Origin: Paragordius varius
Taxonomy: Eukaryota > Animalia > Nematomorpha
Reading direction: 5' to 3'
NCBI GenBank assembly: GCA_964247055.1
Contig: OZ176056.1
Coordinates: forward strand, 186,001 to 250,000
Length of the DNA stretch: 64,000 bases
Below, piece by piece: positions 53,001 to 64,000 of the stretch. Position 1 is the first letter of the stretch. Every line of letters begins with the position of its first letter. The translations under genes were made by a program, and so were the position numbers. The notes beneath the pieces were generated by a model. It worked only from the letters and a program-made list of their open reading frames with translations, was not told the origin of the DNA and searched no databases.

Positions 53001-56000
53001 AGTTTGACAAACTCTTTCATATCCGATTTTTACAACGATACTTTAAAAATTAATGTATAAAACTAGTCGTATCAATAAATCGCATCAATACTCAAGTTAA
53101 ATTTTGTCCTTAAAAATCGGATATTGGTCACCGGTGAACAAAATTATTTTTTATACATTCTCTTAGTAGGACTACATCAAAATATAGAGATAGTTTGGCA
53201 AACTCTTTCATATCCGATTTTTACAAGATACTTTAAAAATTAATGTATAAAACTAGTCGCATCAATACTCAAGTTAAACTTTGTCCTTAAAAATCGGATA
53301 TTGGTCACCGGTGAACAAATTTATTTTTTATACATTCTCTTAGTAAGACTACATCAAAATATAGAGATAGTTTGACAAACTCTTTCATATCCGATTTTTA
53401 CAACGATACTCTAAAAATTATGGTATTAAACCAGTCGCATCAATACTCAAATTAAACTTTGTCCTTAAAAATCGGATATTGGTCACCGGTGAACAAAATA
53501 TTTTATATACATTCTCTTAGTAAGACTACATCAAAATATAGAGATAGTTTGACAAACTCTTTCATATCCGATTTTTACAAGGATACTTTTTTTTAATTAT
53601 GGTATTAAACCAGTCGCATCAATACTCAATTTAAACTTTGTCCTTAAAAATCGGATATTGGTCAGCGGTGAACAAAATAATTTTTTATACATTCTCTTAG
53701 TAAGACTACATCAAAATATAGAGATAGTTTGACAAACTCTTTCATATCCGATTTTTACAACGATACTTTAAAAATTAATGTATAAAACTAGTCGTATCAA
53801 TATATCGCATCAATACTCAAGTTAAATTTGTCCTTAAAAATTGGATATTGGTCACCGGTGAACAAAATTATTTTTTATACATTCTCTTAGTAAGACTACA
53901 TCAAAATATAGAGATAGTTTGGCAAACTCTTTCATATCCGATTTTTACAACGATACTCTAAAAATTATGGTATTAAACCAGTCGCATCAATACTCAAATT
54001 AAACTTTGTCCTTAAAAATCGGATATTGGTCACCGGTGAACAAAATTATTTTATATACATTCTCTTAGTAAGACTACATCAAAATATAGAGATAGTTTGA
54101 CAAGCTCTTTCATATCCGATATTTACAACGATACTTTAAAAATTAATGTATAAAACTACTCGCATCAATACTCAAGCTAAACATTGTCCTTAAAAATCGG
54201 ATATTGGTCACCGGTGAACAAAACTATTTTTTATACATTCTCTTAGTAAGACTACATCAAAATATAGAGATAGTTTGACAAACTCTTTCATATCCGATTT
54301 TTACAACGATACTTTAAAAATTAATGTATAAAACTAGTCGTATCAATAAATCGCATCAATACTCAAGTTAAATTTTGTCCTTAAAAATCGGATATTGGTC
54401 ACCGGTGAACAAAATTATTTTTTATACATTCTCTTAGTAGGACTACATCAAAATATAGAGATAGTTTGGCAAACTCTTTCATATCCGATTTTTACAAGAT
54501 ACTTTAAAAATTAATGTATAAAACTAGTCGCATCAATACTCAAGTTAAACTTTGTCCTTAAAAATCGGATATTGGTCACCGGTGAACAAATTTATTTTTT
54601 ATACATTCTCTTAGTAAGACTACATCAAAATATAGAGATAGTTTGACAAACTCTTTCATATCCGATTTTTACAACGATACTCTAAAAATTATGGTATTAA
54701 ACCAGTCGCATCAATACTCAAATTAAACTTTGTCCTTAAAAATCGGATATTGGTCACCGGTGAACAAAATATTTTATATACATTCTCTTAGTAAGACTAC
54801 ATCAAAATATAGAGATAGTTTGACAAACTCTTTCATATCCGATTTTTACAAGGATACTTTTTTTTAATTATGGTATTAAACCAGTCGCATCAATACTCAA
54901 TTTAAACTTTGTCCTTAAAAATCGGATATTGGTCAGCGGTGAACAAAATAATTTTTTATACATTCTCTTAGTAAGACTACATCAAAATATAGAGATAGTT
55001 TGACAAACTCTTTCATATCCGATTTTTACAACGATACTTTAAAAATTAATGTATAAAACTAGTCGTATCAATAAATCGCATCAATACTCAAGTTAAACTT
55101 TGTCCTTAAAAATTGGATATTGGTCACCGGTGAACAAAATTATTTTTTATACATTCTCTTAGTAAGACTACATCAAAATATAGAGATAGTTTGGCAAACT
55201 CTTTCATATCCGATTTTTACAACGATACTTTAAAAATTAATGTATAAAACTAGTCGCATCAATACTCAAGTTAAACTTTTTCCTTAAAAATCGAATATTG
55301 GTCACCGGTGAACAAAATTATTTTTTTTACATTCTCTTAGTAAGACTACATCAAAATATAGAAATAGTTTGACACACTCTTTCATATCCGATTTTCACAA
55401 CGATACTTTAAAAATTAATGTATAAAACTAGTCGCATCAATACTCAAGTTAAACTTTGTCCTTAAAAATCGGATATTGGTCACCGGTGAACAAAACTATT
55501 TTTTATACATTCTCTTAGTAAGACTACATCAAAATATAGAAATAGTTTGACAAACTCTTTCATATCCGATTTTTACAACGATACTTTAAAAATTAATGTA
55601 TTAAACTAGTCGCATCAATACTCAAGTTAAACTTTGTCCTTAAAAATCGGATATTGGTCACCGGTGAACAAAACTATTTTTTATACATTCTCTTAGTAAG
55701 ACTACATCAAAATATAGAGATAATTTGGCAAACTCTTTCATATCCGATTTTTACAACGATACTTTAAAAATTAATGTATAAAACTAGTCGTATCAATAAA
55801 TCGCATCAATACTCAAGTTAAACTTTGTCCTTAAAAATCGGATATTGGTCACCGGTGCACAAATTTATTTTTTATACATTCTCTTAGTAAGACTACATCA
55901 AAATATAGAGATAGTTTGACAAACTCTTTCATATCCGATTTTTACAACGATACTTTAAAAATTATCGTATTAAACCAGTCGCATCAATACTCAAGTTAAA

Positions 56001-59000
56001 CTTTGTCCTTAAAAATCGGATATTGGTCACCGGTGAACAAAACTATTTTTTATACATTCTCTTAGTAAGACTACATCAAACTATAGAGATAATTTGACAA
56101 ACTCTTTCATATCCGATTTTTACAACGATACTTTAAAAATTAATGTATTAAACCAGTCGCATCAATACTCAAGTTAAACTTTGTCCTTAAAAATCGGATA
56201 TTGGTCACCGGTGCACAAATTTATTTTTTATACATTCTCTTAGTAAGACTACATCAAAATATAGAGATAGTTTGACAAACTCTTTCATATCCGATTTTTA
56301 CAACGATACTTTAAAAATTATGGTATTAAACCAGTCGCATCAATACTCAAGTTAAACTTTGTCCTTAAAAATCGGATATTGGTCACCGGTGAACAAAACT
56401 ATTTTTTATACATTCTCTTAGTAAGACTACATCAAACTATAGAGATAATTTGACAAACTCTTTCATATCCGATTTTTACAACGATACTTTAAAAATTAAT
56501 GTATAAAACTAGTCGTATCAATAAATCGCATCAATACTCAAGTTAAACTTTGTCCTTAAAAATCGGATATTGGTCACCGGTGAACAAAATTATTTTTTTT
56601 ACATTCTCTTAGTAAGAGTACATCAAAATATAGAAATAGTTTGACAAACTCTTTTATATCCGATTTTTACAACGATACTTTAAAAATTAATGTATTAAAC
56701 TAGTCGCATCAATACTCAAGTTAAACTTTGTCCTTAAAAATCGGATATTGGTCATCGGTGAACAAAATTATTTTTTATACATTCTCTTATCAAGACTACA
56801 TCAAAATATAGAGATAGTTTGACAAACTCTTTCATATCCGATTTTTACAACGATACTTTAAAAACTAATGTATAAAACTAGTCGCATCAATACTCAAGTT
56901 AAACTTTGTCCTTAAAAATCGAATATTGTTCACCGGTGAACAAAATTATTTTTTTTACATTCTCTTAGTAAGACTACATCAAAATATAGAAATAGTTTGA
57001 CAAACTCTTTCATATCCGATTTTTACAACGATACTTTAATAATTAATGTATAAAACTAGTCGCATCAATACTCAAGTTAAACTTTGTCCTTAAAAATCGG
57101 ATATTGGTCACCGGTGAACAAAATTATTTTTTATACATTCTCTTAGTAAGACTACATCAAAATATAGAAATAGTTTGACAAACTCTTTGATATCCGATTT
57201 TTACAACGATACTTTAAAAATTAATGTATAAAACTAGTCGCATCAATACTCAAGTTAAACTTTGTCCTTAAAAATCGAATATTGGTCACAAGTGAACAAA
57301 ATTATTTTTTATACATTCTCTTAGCAAGACTACATCAAAATATAGAAATAGTTTGACAAACTCTTTCATATCCGATTTTTACAACGATACTTTAAAAATT
57401 AATGTATTAAACCAGTCGCATCAATACTCAAGTTAAACTTTGTCCTTAAAAATCGGATATTGGTCACCGGTGCACAAATTTATTTTTTATACATTCTCTT
57501 AGTAAGACTACATCAAAATATAGAGATAGTTTAAACTCTTTCATATCCGATTTTTACAACGATACTTTAAAAATTAATGTATAAAACTAGTCGTATCAAT
57601 AAATCGCATCAATACTCAAGTTAAAGTTTGTCCTTAAAAATTGGATATTGGTCACCGGTGAACAAAATTATTTTTTATACATTCTCTTAGTAAGACTACA
57701 TCAAAATATAGAGATAGTTTGGCAAACTCTTTCATATCCGATTTTTACAACGATACTTTAAAAATTAATGTATAAAACTAGTCGCATCAATATCCAAGTT
57801 AAACTTTTTCCTTAAAAATCGAATTTTGGTCACCGGTGAACAAAATTATTTTTTTTACATTCTCTTAGTAAGACTACATCAAAATATAGAAATAGTTTGA
57901 CACATTCTTTCATATCCGATTTTCACAACCATACTTTAAAAATTAATGTATAAAACTAGTCGCATCAATACTCAAGTTAAACTTTGTCCTTAAAAATCGG
58001 ATATTGGTGACCGGTGAACAAAACTATTTTTTATACATTCTCTTAGTAAGACTACATCAAAATATAGAAATAGTTTGACAAACTCTTTCATATCCGATTT
58101 TTACAACGATACTTTAAAAATTAATGTATTAAACTAGTCGCATCAATACTCAAGTTAAACTTTGTCCTTAAAAATCAGATATTGGTCACCGGTGAACAAA
58201 ACTATTTTTTATACATTCTCTTAGTAAGACTACATCAAAATATAGAGATAATTTGGCAAACTCTTTCATATCCGATTTTTACAACGATACTTTAAAAATT
58301 AATGTATAAAACTAGTCGTATCAATAAATCGCATCAATACTCAAGTTAAACTTTGTCCTTAAAAATCGGATATTGGTCACCGGTGCACAAATTTATTTTT
58401 TATACATTCTCTTAGTAAGACTACATCAAAATATAGAGATAGTTTGACAACTCTTTCATATCTGATTTTTACAACGATACTTTAAAAATTATCGTATTAA
58501 ACCAGTCGCATCAATACTCAAGTTAAAGTTTGTCCTTAAAAATCGGATATTGGTCACCGGTAAATAGTTTGACACATTCTTTCATATCCGATTTTCACAA
58601 CGATACTTTAAAAATTAATGTATAAAACTAGTCGCATCAATACTCAAGTTAAACTTTGTCCTTAAAAATCGGATATTGGTCACCGGTGAACAAAACTATT
58701 TTTTATACATTCTCTTAGTAAGACTACATCAAACTATAGAGATAATTTGACAAACTCTTTCATATCCAATTTTTACAACGATACTTTAAAAATTAATGTA
58801 TTAAACCAGTCGCATCAATACTCAAGTTAAACTTTGTCCTTAAAAATCGGATATTGGTCACCGGTGCACAAATTTATTTTTTATACATTCTCTTAGTAAG
58901 ACTACATCAAAATATAGAGATAGTTTGACAAACTCTTTCATATCCGATTTTTACAACGATACTTTAAAAATTATGGTATTAAACCAGTCGCATCAATACT

Positions 59001-62000
59001 CAAGTTAAACTTTGTCCTTAAAAATCGGATATTGGTCACCGGTGAACAAAACTATTTTTTATACATTCTCTTAGTAAGACTACATCAAACTATAGAGATA
59101 ATTTGACAAACTCTTTCATATCCGATTTTTACAACGATACTTTAAAAATTATCGTATTAAACCAGTCGCATCAATACTCAAGTTAAACTTTGTCCTTAAA
59201 AATCGGATATTGGTCACCGGTGAACAAAACTATTTTTTATACATTCTCTTAGTAAGACTACATCAAACTATAGAGATAATTTGACAAACTCTTTCATATC
59301 CGATTTTTACAACGATACCTCTAAAAATTAATGTATTAAACCAGTCGCATCAATACTCAAGTTAAACTTTGTCCTTAAAAATCGGATATTGGTCACCGGT
59401 GCACAAATTTATTTTTTATACATTCTCTTAGTAAGACTACATCAAAATATAGAGATAGTTTGACAAACTCTTTCATATCCGATTTTTACAACGATACTTT
59501 AAAAATTAATGTATAAAACTAGTCGTATCAATAAATCGCATCAATACTCAAGTTAAACTTTGTCCTTAAAAATTGGATATTGGTCACCGGTGAACAAAAT
59601 TATTTTTTATACATTCTCTTAGTAAGACTACATCAAAATATAGAGATAGTTTGGCAAACTCTTTAATATCCGAGTTTTACAACGATACTTTAAAAATTAA
59701 TGTATAAAACTAGTCGCATCAATACTCAAGTTAAACTTTTTCCTTAAAAATCGAATATTGGTCACCGGTGAACAAAATTATTTTTTTTACATTCTCTTAG
59801 TAAGACTACATCAAAATATAGAAATAGTTTGACACATTCTTTCATATCCGATTTACACAACGATACTTTAAAAATTAATGTATAAAACTAGTCGCATCAA
59901 TACTCAAGTTAAACTTTGTCCTTAAAAATCGGATATTGGTCACCGGTGAACAAAACTATTTTTTATACATTCTCTTAGTAAGACTACATCAAAATATAGA
60001 AATAGTTTGACAAACTCTTTCATATCCGATTTTTACAACGATACTTTAAAAATTAATGTATTAAACTAGTCGCATCAATACTCAAGTTAAACTTTGTCCT
60101 TAAAAATCGGATATTGGTCACCGGTGAACAAAACTATTTTTTATACATTCTCTTAGTAAGACTACATCAAAATATAGAGATAATTTGGCAAACTCTTTCA
60201 TATCCGATTTTTACAACGATACTTTAAAAATTAATGTATAAAACTAGTCGTATCAATAAATCGCATCAATACTCAAGTTAAACTTTGTCCTTAAAAATCG
60301 GATATTGGTCACCGGTGCACAAATTTATTTTTTATACATTCTCTTAGTAAGACTACATCAAAATATAGAGATAGTTTGACAAACTCTTTCATATCCGATT
60401 TTTACAACGATACTTTAAAAATTATCGTATTAAACCAGTCGCATCAATACTCAAGTTAAACTTTGTCCTTAAAAATCGGATATTGGTCACCGGTGAACAA
60501 AACTATTTTTTATACATTCTCTTAGTAAGACTACATCAAACTATAGAGATAATTTGACAAACTCTTTCATATCCGATTTTTACAACGATACTTTAAAAAT
60601 TAATGTATTAAACCAGTCGCATCAATACTCAAGTTAAACTTTGTCCTTAAAAATCGGATATTGGTCACCGGTGCACAAATTTATTTTTTATACATTCTCT
60701 TAGTAAGACTACATCAAAATATAGAGATAGTTTGACAAACTCTTTCATATCCGATTTTTACAACGATACTTTAAAAATTATGGTATTAAACCAGTCGCAT
60801 CAATACTCAAGTTAAACTTTGTCCTTAAAAATCGGATATTGGTCACCGGTGAACAAAACTATTTTTTATACATTCTCTTAGTAAGACTACATCAAACTAT
60901 AGAGATAATTTGACAAACTCTTTCATATCCGATTTTTACAACGATACTTTAAAAATTAATGTATAAAACTAGTCGTATCAATAAATCGCATCAATACTCA
61001 AGTTAAACTTTGTCCTTAAAAATCGGATATTGGTCACCGGTGAACAAAATTATTTTTTTTACATTCTCTTAGTAAGAGTACATCAAAATATAGAAATAGT
61101 TTGACAAACTCTTTTATATCCGATTTTTACAACGATACTTTAAAAATTAATGTATTAAACTAGTCGCATCAATACTCAAGTTAAACTTTGTCCTTAAAAA
61201 TCGGATATTGGTCATCGGTGAACAAAATTATTTTTTATACATTCTCTTATCAAGACTACATCAAAATATAGAGATAGTTTGACAAACTCTTTCATATCCG
61301 ATTTTTACAACGATACTTTAAAAATTAATGTATAAAACTAGTCGCATCAATACTCAAGTTAAACTTTGTCCTTAAAAATCGAATATTGGTCACCGGTGAA
61401 CAAAATTATTTTTTTTACATTCTCTTATTAAGACTACATCAAAATATAGAAATAGTTTGACAAACTCTTTCATATCCGATTTTTACAACGATACTTTAAT
61501 AATTAATGTATAAAACTAGTCGCATCAATACTCAAGTTAAACTTTGTCCTTAAAAATCGGATATTGGTCACCGGTGAACAAAATTATTTTTTATACATTC
61601 TCTTAGTAAGACTACATCAAAATATAGAAATAGTTTGACAAACTCTTTCATATCCGATTTTTACAACGATACTTTAAAAATTAATGTATAAAACTAGTCG
61701 CATCAATACTCAAGTTAAACTTTGTCCTTAAAAATCGAATATTGGTCACCGGTGAACAAAATTATTTTTTATACATTCTCTTAGCAAGACTACATCAAAA
61801 TATAGAAATAGTTTGACAAACTCTTTCATATCCGATTTTTACAACGATACTTTAAAAATTAATGTATTAAACCAGTCGCATCAATACTCAAGTTAAACTT
61901 TGTCCTTAAAAATCGGATATTGGTCACCGGTGCACAAATTTATTTTTTATACATTCTCTTAGTAAGACTACATCAAAATATAGAGATAGTTTGACAAACT

Positions 62001-64000
62001 CTTTCATATCCGATTTTTACAACGATACTTTAAAAATTATGGTATTAAACCAGTCGCATCAATACTCAAGTTAAACTTTGTCCTTAAAAATCGGATATTG
62101 GTCACCGGTGAACAAAACTATTTTTTATACATTCTCTTAGTAAGACTACATCAAACTATAGAGATAATTTGACAAACTCTTTCATATCCGATTTTTACAA
62201 CGATACTTTAAAAATTAATGTATAAAACTAGTCGTATCAATAAATCGCATCAATACTCAAGTTAAACTTTGTCCTTAAAAATCGGAGAATGGTCACCGGT
62301 TAACAAAATTATTTTTTATTCATTCTCTTAGTAGGACTACATTAAAATATAGAGATAGTTTGGCAAACTGTTTCATATCCGATTTTTACAACGATACTTT
62401 AAAAATTAATGTATAAAACTAGTCGCATCAATACTCAAGTTAAACTTTGTCCTTAAAAATCGAATATTGGTCACCGGTGAACAAAATTATTTTTTATACA
62501 TTCTCTTAGTAAGACTACATCAAAATATAGAAATAGTTTGACAAACTCTTTCATATCCGATTTTTACAACGATACTTTAAAAATTAATGTATTAAACCAG
62601 TCGCATCAATACTCAAGTTAAACTTTGTCCTTAAAAATCGGATATTGGTCACCGGTGCACAAATTTATTTTTATACATTCTCTTAGTAAGACTACATCAA
62701 AATATAGAGATAGTTTGACAAACTCTTTCATATCCGATTTTTACAACGATACTTTAAAAATTATGGTATTAAACCAGTCGCATCAATACTCAAGTTAAAC
62801 TTTGTCCTTAAAAATCGGATATTGGTCACCGGTGAACAAAACTATTTTTTATACATTCTCTTAGTAAGACTACATCAAACTATAGAGATAATTTGACAAA
62901 CTCTTTCATATCCGATTTTTACAACGATACTTTAAAAATTAATGTATAAAACTAGTCGTATCAATAAATCGCATCAATACTCAAGTTAAACTTTGTCCTT
63001 AAAAATCGGATATTGGTCACCGGTGAACAAAATTATTTTTTATACATTCTCTTAGTAAGACTACATCAAAATATAGAAATAGTTTGACAAACTCTTTCAT
63101 ATCCGATTTTTACAACGATACTTTAAAAATTAATGTATAAAACTAGTCGTATCAATAAATCGCATCAATACTCAAGTTAAACTTTGTCCTTAAAAATCGG
63201 ATATTGGTCACCGGTGAACAAAATTATTTTTTATACATTCTCTTAGTAGGACTACATCAAAATATAGAGATAGTTTGGCAAACTGTTACATATCCGATTT
63301 TTACAACGATACTTTAAAAATTAATGTATAAAACTAGTCGTATCAATAAATCGCATCAATACTCAAGTTAAACTTTGTCCTTAAAAATCGAATATTGGTC
63401 ACCGGTGAACAAAATTATTTTTTATACATTCTCTTAGTAGGACTACATCAAAATATAGAGATAGTTTGGCAAAGTGTTACATATCCGATTTTTACAACGA
63501 TACTTTAAAAATTAATGTATAAAACTAGTCGCATCAATACTCAAGTTAAACTTTGTCCTTAAAAATCGAATATTGGTCACCGGTGAACAAAATTATTTTT
63601 TTTACATTCTCTTAGTAAGACTACATCAAAATATAGAAATAGTTTGACAAACTCTTTCATATCCGATTTTTACAACGATACTTTAATAATTAATGTATAA
63701 AACTAGTCGCATCAATACTCAAGTTAAACTTTGTCCTTAAAAATCGGATATTGGTCACCGGTGAACAAAATTATTTTTTATACATTCTCTTAGTAAGACT
63801 ACATCAAAATATAGAAATAGTTTGACAAACTCTTTCATATCCGATTTTTACAACGATACTTTAAAAATTAATGTATAAAACTAGTCGCATCAATACTCAA
63901 GTTAAACTTTATCCTTAAAAATCAGATATTGGTCACCGGTGAACAAAATAATTTTTTATACATTTTCTTAGTAAGACTACATATAAAAATATAGAGATAG
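47021..64000. repeat. Tandem satellite DNA array B, 178-bp monomer with a frequent 191-bp variant, about 94 copies; runs off the right edge of the window
   Basis: TTCTCTTAG recurs at 47221 and 47399 (period 178). Consensus: TACATTCTCTTAGTAAGACTACATCAAAATATAGA(G/A)ATAGTTTG(A/G)CAAACTCTTTCATATCCGATTTTTACAACGATACTTTAAAAATTAATGTATAAAACTAGTCGCATCAATACTCAAGTTAAACTTTGTCCTTAAAAATCGGATATTGGTCACCGGTGAACAAAATTATTTTTTA. A 13-bp insertion, TATCAATAAATCG, gives the 191-bp form. Confidence 0.98.

Noticed and set aside
47021-64000. CENP-B box or tRNA/5S-derived promoter boxes in the satellite monomers
   Set aside because: No convincing match to the CENP-B box core or to pol III A/B boxes was seen in either monomer.
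1-64000. Assignment of the satellites to a named family or species
   Set aside because: I do not recognise either consensus with confidence; a BLAST or satellite-database search is needed.

Overview
Eukaryotic, very AT-rich, gene-free heterochromatin-type DNA; the organism cannot be determined from the window. It has four blocks. (1) 1-32047: about 185 head-to-tail copies of a 173-bp satellite. (2) 32048-34725: one rearranged non-LTR retrotransposon of the RTE (BovB-like) clade. Its 5' part (5'UTR plus AP-endonuclease) is inverted onto the minus strand. Its linker and reverse transcriptase are on the plus strand with two frameshifts, and its 3' end is missing. (3) 34726-47020: about 12 kb of (ATTTT)n microsatellite, interrupted by a 200-N assembly gap at 35001-35200. 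(4) 47021-64000: about 94 copies of a different 178/191-bp satellite. I found no host genes, RNA genes or CRISPR arrays, and nothing that supports a new multi-gene system. The most notable observations are a 5'-inverted RTE with twin-priming geometry that bridges two unrelated repeat arrays, a putative H-type pseudoknot in its 5'UTR, strong dyad symmetry in both satellite monomers, and layered higher-order repeats in all three arrays. Offsets and copy numbers were counted by hand and need computational confirmation.
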